A DNA stretch of 64,000 nt from Isurus oxyrinchus (Eukaryota), in the NCBI GenBank assembly GCA_026770705.1, contig JANJGN010000026.1, positions 23,064,001-23,128,000 of the forward strand. The letters run 5' to 3'. This document shows positions 1-15,200 of the stretch, piece by piece. A model generated the notes under the pieces. It was not told the origin of the DNA, did not search any database, and saw only the letters and a program-made list of their open reading frames with translations. Position numbers and translations under genes: made by a program. The number at the start of each line of letters is the position of its first letter. Within the stretch, counting starts at the first letter, position 1.

Positions 1-2599
1 GTACACCCTCACAGGCAGGAAGACTGTTCACGGTGATAACATGAAACTGACGCCTGCTGTTTCAATCTCAGGAAACACAACTTCCTGTTTCTCTGCTGCC
101 GGTTCCAAACCGCACATCTCACTTCTGAGCAGAAAATAAATCCAGGGGCCACAATCTGGTGAGAACATCTGTCAAGGCGGCCTGTATCTGGCCACAGAGT
201 CAGGGCAGAGTCACACAGAACACATTGCGGTGACATTTACAAATGAGACTGTGTGATCCGTTTCGAGCTTCCATTTCCAGGACATAACTGGATGGTCAGT
301 CGCTGAGCTCCCTCGAGTCCATGAAGCCGGGAAATGCGATCTTGCTACCTTTCATTTTTCGTGGTCATGCTCCACCTCCCGCTCCCACTCTAACTCCCCC
401 TCCACACCCAACCAACCACCCTCTCCCCCACCCGCCACACACACACACACTCTCTGCACTTTCACTTTCGCTCGAAACTTGTTTCCTCTGTTTCTCTGCA
501 ACATTCCGTCTCCCTTTTTCATTTTAAGTTTTCTTCCCTTAGTTTTATTTCCGTCTCTCTCTCTGTGTATCTCTCTCCACTTTCCTGTGTGTCGATTAAA
601 TAGAAGCGTTCAAAATCATGAAAGGTTTGTTAGTGTGAATAAAGAGAGACTATTTCAACTGGTAGGATGGTGGGTAACCAGGGGACGCAAATTTACTTTG
701 TTGAACAGGAAGACAGGAGGATAATTGTTTATTTATTTCACAGGGCGAGTTGTTCTGAACTGGAATGCACAGTTTGAAAGGGTGATGGCATCAGACTAAT
801 AGTAACTTTGTAAAATGAATTCTATAAATACTTAAAGGGATTAAAATTTGAAGGATTACAGGGAATGGGACCAATTGAAATGCGCATTTATATCATTGTC
901 CCAGCACATTTTCTGTATCTACCTCTGTCCCTCATTGAGCTCAAATAAAATGCAATAATTATACAGCTTTCGTCTTCTACTAATCCTGTCTTTTGACAGC
1001 GTTTGTGTGTGTATGTGTCGGCAATTGCCAGGAATCATTCAGAAGTTCACTGCTATTTACAAACCACTAATTTGAACAAAATAATGACACTGAATAGAGC
1101 TCGTTTAGTAGAAAGCACGATTACCTTTAACATTTTCGGCTCTGATTTTTCCTCTGGTGAGGTTTTGGTGTTTAATCCTTTCAGTCATCATGTGCTTCAA
1201 GCTGAAGATTTAAACATTGGTTTCTACAAGCTGCCTGTCCGGCCCTTGCGTGTTTGTGTAAATGGAGAACTGTCGGTAAGAATGAGAGGGAGCAGATTAT
1301 TTTCCGTTCCTCTGACAGATGCAGCATTGATCCTTCAAATATCAGAAATCTCTGGAGTCCGCCATGATTGTCCTCCCCTTGGATAGAACAGCTCTTAGTC
1401 AGGTGGAGTCAGTCACACGGGCCTCTCTCATGATGTTTCCACTCCATTTTTACCACAGAAATCCCTGGGTCACTCAATCTCAATATAACACAGAAACCGG
1501 CGCTAAGGTCCTAAACATCATTGCTTCCTCACACTTTCACACCCTATTACAGTCATGTTTATGAGATCCCCTGCCTCTCTTTATGTGAGATTACCAGCAG
1601 CCTTTGTTACTGACACACTGCAGCCGGCCTCTTGTGATTATTATTGGACCAGGCCCCAGTCTGGCCCAGGCCCGGCAGTCAGAATTCCCTTTGCAGGAGT
1701 CAGAGGTTGTTTTTTTTTTGGAGAGGGCGGGAAAGTCAAAGCAGCAACAATGTCCCAGGAACCCGTCCTTTGCTGGATAGAGGAATTGTCCAGAGTTTCC
1801 CTGTCTTTAATTCCTCATCCTGAGTGTAAGAAAATAATGGATGAAAGAACAGAAAGACTGACATATCAACTCTCACGTGAGCACTGGGCGTTATTAAATG
1901 GTCAGCTCTCTGGATTGAGGCTTCAACCCACAACCGTTGACTCGGGTAAAAGTGATGCTAATTCGTCAATGCTGACATAATGTCAGTTCCCATTGCATTA
2001 GTACAACGGCAAGATATGACAGATGCCAGAAACCTAAAATGAAAACAGAATGTGCTGGAAATCCTCAACAGGTCAGACAGCAGATGTCGAGCCTGTTTGT
2101 TTTCCGGATCGTCATATTCTTTGCAGCCTTGGGGAAAGTGTGGAGAGGCGGGAGGATTTTGGAGGCTAATTAAAAACCGGCCTCTGTCACACACTCTTCC
2201 CGTGGTCAACGGAGCCAGGAGTGGAATCTGAACACAGATCTGACGGCTGAAAAGCAGGAGGACGGCCAACTGTACCACTCGGGAGTGCAGTGGCTGTGGA
2301 GAGAAGTAGAGTTAAAGTTTCTAATCGAAGACCCCGGTTCTGCTGAAGGGTCATCGCCATGAAACGTTCACTCTGTTTATCACCACAGATTCTGCATGAC
2401 CTGCAGAGTAATTCCAGAATGAAATGTTGTATTTGCCATTAAACTAGAGTTTGTCAGTGTTATTACACCAACTCCATCCCATTCATATTTCAGTGGTGCT
2501 TGACTCTGTTATTGGGCATTAGGCAAAAGATTTGCTATTGTATCAATTGGCGCTGTCTCACACACACATTATTATATCAGGTCCAATTTCGATTTGGGT

Positions 2600-3420
2600 G
2601 GATCAGATGCTGACTGTGCCGTTATCACACTGGACCCAGTGACGTATTCAGTGATGCAGTGTCCGAAGACCCTACATGTCATTCAATTCTAATGCAAACC
2701 TCTCTCATTATTTCTGAAAACCTTGTGACGATCAGTTTTCAACAGTAACCTGATTCTGATATTGTTAACGTTGACCCTGCTTCTGCTAGTGCTTCGCCAT
2801 GACCTCTTTCAGTTGTTATTTCATACAAAGTGTTTTTCTTATTATGATCACACAAATATCGGTTCATTCAATGTTATACCAAGTCCTCCCTCTCTCTTAT
2901 TCCTGAACTAGCCAATTTCTCTGTTTATTTGACTCCTTGGGCCAATTTGTGTTATCACCGCTCTAGCACATGCCTCTGTCTGTACTACACTAGGTACTGT
3001 GCCTGTTATTACTTACACTAGCCGATACTGATGTTTATATTACACCAGTTCCTGTCTCTGATATTACTGGACGGGCCCATATCCCTGGTTATATAACACC
3101 AGGCCTTGTCTCTGTTATTACTTCATTAGTCGATATCTCCTTTTATATTAAACCAGATCCTGTCTCTGTCATTAATGCAGTAATCCATATCTCTGCTTAT
3201 GTTACACCAGGTCCCATGTCTGATATTACTGCACGAGCCCATATCCTTGGTTATATAACACCAGGTCTTGTCTCTGTTATTAATTCATTAGTTGATAACT
3301 CATTTTATATTAAACCAGATACTGTCGCTGTTATTAATGCAGTAATCCATATCTCTGCTTATGTTACATCAAGTTCGGTCTCTGTTTATACTCGACTAGG
3401 CCCTGGTTTATTTTCGTTAA
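2600..3420 (+). repeat. Degenerate ~27-30 bp tandem array (unit like ttatattacactagaccctgtctctgt / ttattactgcactagaccc)
   Basis: Recurring tgtctctg(tt)atta..c and ttatattacacca motifs at ~27-30 bp spacing; boundaries approximate. Confidence 0.75.
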
Positions 3421-4026
3421 GATTACATTGAACATACAACCTGCAGTTAAACCAATCTGTCCAAACATGATTCGAGTGGTTGTGGTGGAATTTGTGAAGA
3501 TAACAGTTAAAAAAGTGGAAACAGAAATACTGAAAGTCTCTGGAGAGCAGCAGCAGTTTCAATCCTTCCCATCAACAGGAATAATAAATCGGAGAATTAC
3601 AGGTGCATTAGCCTCATGTCAGGTGTAGGTAAAGTTTGATTTTTGCCATCACTTGCACAAATCATCACACATTTGAGATTATCAAGAGCTTCTGTGAGAT
3701 ATTGAGGTGATCATTTGTTAATAAACTGCAGGTTATTCTGGATGTGATTTTCTCAGCTTTCCAACTGATCACCGGAGACAGATAAAGCACCTTAGAAACG
3801 AAATCGTTAGTCTGACATCACTTTATAAACAAATGCATACAACAGGCTGGTTATCAATAAATATTTACAGTATTAAACAATCTACAATTTAAATAAATGC
3901 ATAGTTTTGAATTTGAACCCAATCACTGAAGGCAGGATTGGACTGAATGTTGTCACTTGGAGAAATGAAGAGAAATTGCGAAAAAAAATTCTCCAAAGAC
4001 TGTTATTAGATATCAGGAGATTCAAA

Positions 4027-4110
4027 CTGAATAAGGGACTGTCTCCGAGAGAGAGAGAGAGAGAGAGAGAAAGAAGGATTGAGAGAGAGAGAGAGAAAGA
4101 GAGAGATAAG
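4027..4110. repeat. (GA)n microsatellite
   Basis: Direct GA runs; explains the RERERE ORF at 3907-4164. Confidence 0.95.
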
Positions 4111-4549
4111 AGGTTCAGTGAATTAGACACTGCCTCAGACGGAGAGAGAAGAGACATTCAATGAGTTTGGTGACGAAAGTGTCCGTAAGAAATCACTTTG
4201 TAAGCAAAAGTACACAACGAAATATGCTATCAATAAATATTTACAGTTCTAAATCATCCGCAGTGACAGTTTGAGTAAAAGAAAATTAAATATTGAAACA
4301 TTCCGGTAAAGTTCATCATTTATCTTTGAGAAACAGCGGTATAAGCAAGGGGCATGATTTTTTTTTCTACACGGCACACATAACCGACTATTTCTGATCT
4401 ATCATTTCTTTGACTAAAACTAAATGAAAATAACTATCAGGTGCTGCAAAGAACGGGCCATCCAATACCGCACGTTTTAGGCCAATGCCGGGGAACAATT
4501 CCCACCTCAACATCTTTGTATATAATATTATCTCTCCAACTTACAGTTG

Positions 4550-6240
4550 CAGTCATCACAGAGACATGGCCAAGCGTAGAAATAGCTGAGGCAGGGTTAG
4601 CGCACTAAGCACTGGGTCAATTGATATTAATCTTCTCTCGGGGCAAGTAATGATTGATTCGGCACATGGATTAATAACACCCTAGATAGGGTCTGGTACA
4701 ATAATAACTCAGACTGCCTATAGTGTAAGACAAACAAAAACATGATCTAGTGGAATAAAAACAGGGACAGGGCGAGTGTAATAAAAGGATATCTATGGAC
4801 TAGTGCAGCTGCAACTAAGACAGGGTTTAGTGTTGTATATACAGACACAGGGCCCAGAGCAGTAATAACTGAGGGTTTTCCACATGTGATACAGAGCCAC
4901 AACCGAATTCAGGGACAGCTGAGACGAGGCCGAGCACTGAAATAACGGAGGCAGGAACTGGTGTAATATTATCATAGACATTATCCATTTCAATATAAAC
5001 AAAGTAAGGGTCTGGTGCAGGAATGCTGAGACAGGGCCGACTGCGCCAATTATTGACACAGCATCTACAGTAATACAAACGAAGGCTGGGCCTAGTATCA
5101 GCAAATATTGAGCCCGGATCTAGTGCAGTAATAACAGACTTGGCCTTGTGTAGTATAAACAGAGACATGGTCTACACACAAATAACAATGACAGGGCCTA
5201 TGTTAATATAAACAGAGGCAATACCTAATGTAATATTAACGGAGTGAGGGTCTCGTGTAAAATACACTAAGACAGGGTCTAGTGTAAAATAAACTGAGAC
5301 AGGGTCTATTGTAATGTAAACTGAGACAGGGTCTATTGTAATGTAAACAAAGACGTGCTCTAGTGTAATACAAACCGAGACGAGCTCCAGTGTAATATTA
5401 TCTGACACGGCGTCTAATGTAATGTAAACTGAGACAGGGTCAAGTGTTATATAAACTGAGATAGGGTCTAACAGAATATAAGCAAAAAGGTGATCTAGTG
5501 TAATATAAACAGAGGCATGATGGAGTGGAGTAAAAAGTGAGGCAGTGCTGAGTGCAGTAATAATAGAGACTGTGTCTTGTGTAATATGAACACCGACATG
5601 GTCTAGTTCAGTAATAACTGAGGCAGGATCTAATGAAAGGAAACTGACACGGGGTCTGTTGCAGTTTCATCTGATACAGGACATTGTCTAATATAAGCTG
5701 AGACAGAGCATAGTGCAATAACTGCCAACACAGGGCCTGGATTAATATAAACAAAGATGTGGGCAAGTGAAGCAGTAAGAGAGAGGCACGATATTATATA
5801 ATAATAACAGTGACAGGGCATCGTATGATATAAACAGAGACATAGACTGATGCAGCGTTAGCCAAGGCATCCCCTAGTTTAGTATAAACGTGGCAGCGTC
5901 TAGTAGTGCAATAATTGAGAGAGAGCCTCGTGTCATGTAAACAGGAACATGTTCTGGTTTGGTATAAGGAGAGACAAGTACCATTGCAGTAACAACTGAG
6001 ACATGGGCTATTGTCATTTTAGCCAAAACATGGTTTAGTGCAGTGGTAATTGAGAGAATGTGTAGTGTAACATGGTCGTTGTCCTGTATATTGACTGAGG
6101 TTGAGCTATTATGGAAACAACTGACACACAGCCTGTTGTAATATGATCAGAGACATCACTGAGTGTAATTTATACAGACAAAGGTCAAGTTTAATATGAA
6201 TAGGGAAAGAGTTCGGTGCAGGAATGATTGAGACAGTGCT
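4550..6240 (-). repeat. Same ~27-30 bp tandem array family, inverted orientation
   Basis: agtgtaatataaacagagacagggtct-like units, the reverse complement of the 2600-3420 unit. Confidence 0.8.
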
Positions 6241-6349
6241 TGCTTCATATAATGTCAGTATTCACTGTTTCACTGCCATCTACTGGACAGACCCTACTAT
6301 TGCAGATGTTGTGAAAATGTCGATTTGAGTTGCTGCTTTCGACATTAAT

Positions 6350-7620
6350 GATAGAATCATAGAATTCTTACAGCACAGGAGGATGCCACTCCTCCTGTCC
6401 ATGCTAACCCTCTGAAGGAGTAATTGACCTTGCGCCACAGCTCTCTCCGTAGTCCAGCATCTTTTTTATTTTCAAGTAAGGATCCAGTTTCGTTTTGAAA
6501 GCATCAATTGCCCCTCAATCCACCACACTGTCAGGCAGTGCATTTCAGATCCTAACCACTCACCGCGTGAAGTATTTTTCCTCTTGTCTCTATTGCTTCT
6601 TCTCCAGATTACTTTAAACCTGAGCCGTCTGGTTCTCAATCCTTCCACCAATGGGAACAATTTCACCCATCTACTCTGCCCAGACCCTTCATGATTTTTA
6701 ACACCTGTATCAAATCTCCTCTAAACTTTCTCTCCTCAAACGAGATTAAAGGTACCTGCTCCACTCTTTATACATAATTGGAGTTCTTCATCCCTGAAAC
6801 AATTTCTATGAATCTTTCCTGTGGCCTCTCTCATGCCATCAAATTCTTCCAAAGGTGTGGATGCAATTGGATGCAATTCTCCAGTTGAGGCCTAACCTGT
6901 GTGTCACACACATTTAACATATCCTCTTTGTTTTTATATTTTTCCTCTATTAATAAAGCTCAGGATGCTTCATGCTTTATTAACCGCGCTTTTTCAACTT
7001 GTCCTGCCACTTTCAATAATTTATATACATAAACACCCAGGTCACTCGGCTCCTGCAGCCCCTTTGGAATCATACCCTTTCTTTTATATTGTCTCTCTGC
7101 GTTCTCCCTACCAAAATGAACAACTTCTTGCCTTCTCTGCGATAAATTTCATCTGTCACTTGTCCACCCTTTCCACCAACTTCTCGATGTCTTTTTGAAG
7201 TTCTACACTATCCTCCTCATGGCCCACAATACTTCCACATTTCGCATCATCCGTATATTTTGAAATTGTGCCCTGTACACCAAGGCCCAGTATATGAATA
7301 AATATTATGAAAAGTAGGTGTCGTAGCACTGACCCTTGGGGACTTCATTATGATCCTTTCCCGAGTCCGAAAAACAACGGTTCAAAACTACTCTTTGTTT
7401 TCTGGCACTCAGCCTGCTCCCAATCCATGATGTTACCGTCCATTTTATTCCAGTGAGCTCCAACTTTGCTCACAGGTCTGTTGTGCGGCACTTCATTAAA
7501 TGCCTTTCAGAGACCATGTAAACCACATCAAAAGCATTACCCTAATCAACCATCGCTGCTATGTCATCAAAAAACTCAAGCAAGTTGGTTAAACATGATT
7601 TGCCCTTAACAGATCTATGC
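6350..7620 (-). mobile_element. Decayed CR1 LINE, RT and 3' end fragment
   Basis: Minus-strand ORF MKLFPLVEGLRTRRLRFKV resembles the CR1 ORF2 C-terminus; DNA similar to the element at 12205-13500. Confidence 0.75.
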
Positions 7621-10600
7621 TGGCTTAATTTATCAAGAAACCACTTCTACTGATGAAGCGGCTCATTACCTCCTGTGCAAACTCCCAATACTTAAGGTGC
7701 AACTATGGCAGATTAACGTGGCTGATTTGCGCACCTTAAGGTCAAGAAAAGAGAACAGTGTCTCAACTACTATTGATTAATTCATGAAGATTTTGTTTCA
7801 ACCGAAGAATATGGACTAAGGCGCACATTGTGGGAATGATGGGAACTTTAATGACCAACTCAACCAGTGTGAAATGGGGAGAGATTTTTTCTTCATGGAA
7901 CTGCCTGAAATGTGGTGGTGGTGATTCTCTCCGATTCTGTAGGTGCTACAGAATCTCAGCCGTCGGCAAGATGGGATCTTAAGTTGAAATGTGTGTGTGT
8001 GAGTGCGCGCATCAGATTTAGTTACAAGTGCAATCCACAAAGATAAATAACCATTGTTACCTATTATGTTCCAGGTTTTATTTTATTGAAATAGTATTTG
8101 CTGTTCGTTTAATATCGTTAACATTAATTGGGAAGACATTGAGCATTCCCTCATCAAGGAATAGTTCTGTGCTTCGCTCAGCATTAAACAGGATCTCCTG
8201 ACATAAACGTTGAGAGTGTGATAAGTTGTGCAAGTGATTGTAAATAATCAAACGACATATACCTGACCTGAATTTACTCAGTTTTAAAATCCCGATTTAT
8301 TATTTCCCTTGCTTGGAACTTGCTGCACTCCTGCAAGTTTCACACTATTTCTCTTGCCGCATTATTCCTTCTTACCCCGTTAGATTCATCATTTCCGCCC
8401 CAACGCCTTTCAAATCCTCAGATATGATATAGTGAAATAATAGTTAAAAACAGCTTTACATAATATGAAAGGCCTCATGCTCCAGAGTAATCTAAGTGGG
8501 ACAACTGGACAGAGTCTAATCCATTATCAATGAAGACATGATCTCCAATGGACATAAAATGCAGGGCAATCAGTAAACAGCATGGGCGGTGGGGTGGGGG
8601 TGGGGTGGTGAGAGTGCATGAGATAAATTCGGTAGTTTTTTTTAAAAATGCAGGTACATTCCTGAGGAACCGAATGATCTCCTTCCCAGCCGGGACCACG
8701 GGTTCATTCTAGAATCTATGACTTATTTTCTCAATCTAACACTTTTCATTTTGCACCTATAGTTCATAAAAAGGAAAAGGAAAAAGAAGAAAAATATATA
8801 TTACAGCTCATTTCACGATCACCGGAGTGTTTTATAACCAAATATGCACTTATGATGTGTATTGACAGTTGTAATGTAGGAAACACCTCAGCCTGTTTGA
8901 GCATGGCAAGCTCCCACAAACCGCAATGTGATAATGACCAGGTAATCTGCGTCTTTGCGTATTTTTAAAAATGTTTATTGACTGATAAGGCACCGGGGAT
9001 AACTCCCCTGCACTTCCAGATGGAATAGTACCATGGAATCTTTCACATCGACCTGAGAGGGCAACCGGCCTTCAGTTTAATGTCAGAGGGGAACATGCTG
9101 CCAACTGAGCCAAGCTGCTCTTTGTGAATGAATATATAGACAAAGAAGACATAAATAAATAGAAATCCAGGCTATGGCTCAACTTTCTACACAGACATAT
9201 ACTTAAATCAGACTGAATCCGGCCACGACGATATCCAAAACCCTACTGAAGAGTCCCGCTGGTGGTGTAAGCACTGACTGTAGGACTGATCTTAAGTCTG
9301 ACAACAGAATTATTCCTTCATTGTGCGAGTTGTACTCTCAGATTCGACCATTTCATAGGTAAGCCGGAACTTCACAGTAATTCAACAGATTTGTGGGCCA
9401 ACTGTGTCATTTCCTTAAACAGCAGCGTATTCATTGGACATTGAATCATTACAGAATTTGAGATCATAAATAGGTTGTGAAACACCAATCGATTAGGAGT
9501 GGTGAAAGGATTGGGGATTATTGATATAGTGAGAAACATCATTTGGTTCCAAGCAATCGATTTTATGGGAAAGATGAAGGTTTGGAACTGTCAACAGATG
9601 AAACCATTAATGGACTGAGACACAACTGATGTTTATTAAACACTATCAATGGCAAAAAAATGGAGAAATATAAATTGTTTTGCAATATGACAGCCTGGTA
9701 ATGTTACGAAAGCATAATAATTTCATAATATTTTTCTGGCTTATAGTAAAGTAGGTTTATGGGACTGAGTATAGTTGGTTCTGTCTGTGTGATTTAATTA
9801 CATTTGGAGTCAGGTAGACTGTAAGCTTGGAATTATCAAAAGAAGCTATGTATAGAAATGTGTTTGAGATGCTAATGAGTAAACATGGGTGGTGGTTTAG
9901 CATGTAAGTTGGGAAGGGAATTTGCCATTTTAGATAAATGAAGGGATTATTTGGATTTCAACAGGATGTCAGTCTGTTTATAACTATCCAGCTAAACAAG
10001 GCTAAGGAGTGTGTTTCTTTTTCCGAAAGGTTACTGACAATATTGGCAACATTATTTTTTTTATTATCATGGGAAAGGTACCATTCCAAAGGCATATGGA
10101 ACAGTAGAATTTACATTTAAAGAGAGCTACAATATATAAAGGAGAATGAAAGGCTGTGTGAAGCGAGGGCCATGTAGGATCAACAGCATTGTGTGAAACA
10201 GCCTTCAAGAAGCCTCCAGCTATTTGTGCATAAGTTGGCCATGTTCAGTAACTGACGTTAGAGGAAACCATTTGGAAATCCACTGCCAAGTGGGCACTGG
10301 GTTAACTTGCTGGTTTTCTTTGAAATCTAAAATCTATTTTGGACTGTTGCATTAAAGTGGGAGTCAGGTTAATTCAGAATTTTAGAATTTGTTATAGCAT
10401 TAAGTAATTGCAGTCTTATGTATGTGCTTGAAATCTTTTATTTTGTTAATATACATTTTAATTTAATTATTGAAATCTCTAAAGGTCTCAGTTGACTCAT
10501 TATTTCTGAAGACTGTTCACTCATCTTCTTGTAATAAACACAAATTGCAAAACCTATTTGATGGCGTGATAAGTTTCTCTTGTGGATTTGGTCCGCCTGG

Positions 10601-12070
10601 CCACACATCAGCTGTTATGTCATAACACAATGTACCTGGAACTATCTCTCCATTCATCTGGCACTGTTTCTGTTAGTTGGCACAGCAACATTTACTCCTG
10701 ATAGTGGGACATTAAACATGAATGGCAACGTGCACAGACTAGGTAATTATGATAGATAAAAGTAGAGATCCTCTTCTGCAATGAAGGGGCGTCAATTGTG
10801 TCGTCAGGAACTCTGTGCTGTTTACCTAAAAACATTTCACAAATATAATATTAATAACTATATTAATAACAATATGAATTTTGCCACAGTTTTGAACATT
10901 TGCGAAGGGTTTAAAGGTATAAATTAAGAGCATAAATTTGTGTGGAAAGGCAATTACTGAATATTCCTACATTGACTTATTGTTGGAGGCTTCATATCAC
11001 AACACTATTTCTCCCCAACCATAAAAAGTCTCACAACACAACTGCAACCATATGAAAAACATGAGTTTCGATTCATATCGTCCCATATAGCATTGACCCT
11101 CTATTCATGTTCAAAACTGTGATTCAGATCACTTCAGCTACTTCACTGACTCAGCTCTGTCCAGCTGATGCACCATGTCCCACCTAACCAGAATCTCCAT
11201 TGCGGCAATCCTGAGCACATCTCATTGGAGAACTGACCTCACCCATCCAACTTTTGAACAATTGATTCTCTGCACGAATGTACTGAATAGAAAGCTTCTC
11301 TGGCGTATGGTTAAAGGGGTTAAGGGCTTGTGAATTTGCGACAACAATCTGTAATGCCCATCAGATATGTTTCATTGTGGCAATAGTTTTCAATCAATAT
11401 TTTGCCATGCACTTTTTTCCCGTGCTGATTAGAATGTTGTGACTGCACCAGTATCACAGAGCAGCAAGAAATTACCAGGGAATTGGAAATAAATATATGT
11501 ATTCAATCATCTGCTATGTTTCTGCTGTGATGGAAGTAATTTTGTTGAGGAAATGCTGATTGCTTTCTTGTACGTGAAAAGGACACATGTTGCACATGTT
11601 ATAATCCCCATTTCTCATCACATTCATAAAGCCGCTTTCTAACTTTGAGATAAAGACTCAGCATCACCAGAAAAGGATCATCAGTACTGCAGGGATATCT
11701 CCAGGTTGCACTTGGTGATGTGCAGCTCATCAGTTTTCAACAGCCAAGGAATTGGAATGATCCAGAAAATGGAGAAGGACTGAAAGTACCAGACAGACAC
11801 AACTGGAATAATGGAGCTGCCGTAAGTTATGGAGCAGTCAATCGCAAATGTGGAAACAGCAATTTTCTGGCATGTGCAACCCCACAACCGCCCCCACCCC
11901 CCCCGCCCGCCCCCCACCCCCATCCCCACCCGCCTCCACCATCCCCTCATCCATCCATCCATCTGAAGAAGAGTCATGTGGACTCGAAACATAAACTGTT
12001 TCTCTCGCCACAGATGCTGTCAGACCTGTGGAGCTTTTCCAGCATTTTCAATTTTTACAGCCATCCATTC

Positions 12071-12102
<32 letters not shown>

Positions 12103-12204
12103 GTCTGTCTGTCTATCTATCTACCTATCTATCTATCTATCTCTCTGTTGTTCATTATGTTTCCATGATTAACCATGAAATATTTTCTGCAAGAGTGATT
12201 TAGA

Positions 12205-15200
12205 CCATAAGATAGCGGAGCAGAAATTAGGCCAATCGGCCCATCTTGTCTGCTCCACCATTCAATCATGGCTGATAAGTTTCTCAACCCCATTCTCCCA
12301 CCTTTTCCCCGTAACCTTTGATCCCCTTACCAATCAAGAACCTATCTATCTCGGTCTTAAATACACTCAATGACCTGGCCTCCACAGCCTTCTGTGGCAA
12401 TGAATTCCATAGATTCACCACTCTCTGGCTAAAGAAGTTGCTCCTCATCTCTGTTCTGAAAGGTCTTCCCTTTACTCTGAGCCTTTGCCCTCGGGTCCTA
12501 GTCTCTCCTACTAATGGAAACATCTTCCCCACGCCCACTCTATCCAGGCCTTTCAGTATTCTGTAAGTTTCAATCTGATCCCCTCTCATCCTTCTAAACT
12601 CTATCGAGTATAGACACAGAGTCCTCAAACATTCCTCATATGTTAAGCCTTTCATTCCTGGGATCGTTCTCGTGAACCTCCTCTGGACCCTCTCCAGGGC
12701 CAGCACATCCTTCCTGAGATACAGGGCCCAACATTGCTCACAATATTCTAAATGTGGTCTGACCAGAGCCTTATAAAGCCTCAGCAGCACATCCCTGCTT
12801 TTAAATTCTAGTCCTCTCGAAATAAATGGCAACATTGCATTTGACTTCCTAACTACTGACTCAACCTGCAAGTTAACCTTAGGAGGATCCTGGACCAGGA
12901 CTCCCAAGTCCCTTTGCACTCCAGATTTCTGAATTCTCTCCCCATTTAGAAAATAGTCTGTGCCTCTATTCTTCCTACCAAAGTACATGACCTCACACTT
13001 GACCACGTTGTATTCCATCTGCCACTTCTTTGCCCATTCTCCTAAACCGTCCAAATCCTTCTGCAGCCTTCCTCATCTCCTCAATACTACCTGTCCCTCC
13101 ACCTATATTTGTATCATCTGCAAACTTAGCCAGGATGCCCTCAGTTCCTTCATCAAGATCATTAATGTATAAAGTGAAAAGCTGTGGTCCCAACACTGAC
13201 CCCTGCGGAACTCCACTAGTCATCGACCACCATCCTGAGAAGGACCCCCTTATCCCCACTCTCTGCCTACTGCTAGACAGCCAATCTTCTGTCCATGCTA
13301 ATACCTTGTCTCTAACACCATGGGTTCTTATCTTACTGAGCAGTGTCCTGTGCAGCCCCTTTACAAAGGCCTTCTGGAAGTCCAAGTAGACAACATCCAT
13401 TGGCTCTCCTTTGTCTAACCTACTCGTTACCTCCTCAAAGAATTCTAACAGATTTGTCAGGCATGACCTCCCCTTGATGAAACCATGCTGACTTTGCCTG
13501 ATTTTACCATGCACTTCCAAGTATTCTGAAATCTCATCTTTAATAATGGACTCTAAAATCTTACCAATGACTGTGGTCAGGCTAATCGGCCAATAATTCC
13601 CTGTCTTTTGCCTCGCTCCCTTCTTAAACAGGGGGGCTTACATTAGCGATTTTCCAGTCCTCTGGGACCCTCCCTGACTCCAGTGATTCCTGAAAGATCG
13701 CCACTAACACCGCCACTATCTCCGCAGCTATCTCCTTCAGAACTCTGGGGTGTAATCCATCTGGTCTAGGTGACTTATCCACCTTCAGACCTTTCAGTTT
13801 TCCTAGCACCTTCTCCTTGGTAATGGCCACCATACTCACCTCTGCCCCCCGACTCTCTTGAACTTTGGGGATGTCATTCGTGTCTGCCACTGTGAAGACT
13901 GATGCAAAGTTCCTTCAGTTCCTCCACCACTTCTTTGTTCCCCACTACTACTTCTCCAGCGTCATTTTCCAGAGACCCAAGGTCCACTTTTGCCTCTCTC
14001 TTACCCTTTATATATCTAAAAAAAAAATCTTGCACTCTTCTTTTATATTACTGGCTAGTTTAACCTCATATTTAATCTTCTCCCTCCTTATTTCTTTTTT
14101 AGTTGTCCTCTGTTGGTCTTTGTAGGCTACCCAATCCTTTGGTTTCCCACTGCTGTTCGCCACATTGTATGCTTTCTCTTTAGCTTTTATGCTGTCTCTG
14201 ACTTCCCTTGTCAGCCATGGTTGCCGCATCTTCCCTTTAGTATGCTTCTTCTTCTTAGGGATGAATTTTTGCTGTGTCTCCCAAATTACTCCCAGCAACC
14301 CCTGCCATTGCTGTTCCACTGTCTTCCCTGATAGGCTCATCTCCCAGTCAATCCTGGCCAGCTCCTCCCTCATGCCTCTGTAGTTGCCTTTATTCAACTG
14401 TAATACCGTTACATCTCATTCCAGCTTTTTCCTCTCAAATTGCAGGGTAAATTCTATCATATTATGGTCACTTCCTCCTAAGGGTTCTTTCACCTTAAGC
14501 TCCCTTATCAAATCTGCCTCATTACACATCACTAAATCTAGATTGCCTGTTCCCTAGTGGACTCCACCACAAGCTGCTCCAAAAAGCCATCTCAAAGACA
14601 TTCAACAAATTCCTTTTCTTGGGATCCACTACCAACCTGATTTTCCCAGTTTACCTGCATATTGAAATCCCCCATGATACTGTAACCTTGCCTTTCTTAC
14701 ACACCTTTTCTATCTCTGGTGTATCTTGTGCCCCACATCCTGACTACTGTTCGGAGGCGTGTACATAACTCGCATTATGCTTTTTTAACCTTTGCGGTTC
14801 CTAAACTCTACCCACACAGATTCTACATCATCTGACCCTACATCATTTCTTGCTATCGATTTAATTACATTTCTTACTAACAAAGCACCCCCACTCCCTC
14901 TGTCAACCTGCCTATTTTTTTGATAGGATGTATATCCTTGGATATTTACCTCCCAGTCCTGATCCCTTGCAGCTATGTCTCTGTAATGCCCACCACATCA
15001 TACCTGCCAATTTCAATCTGCGCCACAAGCTCATTTACCTTACTTAATATACTGTGTGCATTCAGATACAACACCTTCAGTTCCGTATTTCCTGTCCCCT
15101 TTCTCATTGTCATCCCTTTATCTGATGTGCTTGAAGTTAGATTCCTAGCCCTTTCCAAACACTCTGTCCTATTTTGTGTTCAGGAGACTTTAATAGCCTC

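Noticed and set aside
1190-1500. Faint V-like remnants (WFLQ..; DRCSI..IRNL..SAM) and cactcaa-12-acagaaacc
   Set aside because: Cys-Trp spacing is wrong, there are stops, there is no YYC, and the heptamer is poor; not separable from chance by eye.
9702-10627. Possible solo LTR (TG...CA ends)
   Set aside because: No target-site duplication or second copy was seen.
11720-12203. Proline-rich and low-complexity ORFs (also 321-527, 15248-15433, 37931-38270, 63053-63351)
   Set aside because: Translations of C-rich, GT/CA or TCTG/TCTA simple repeats.
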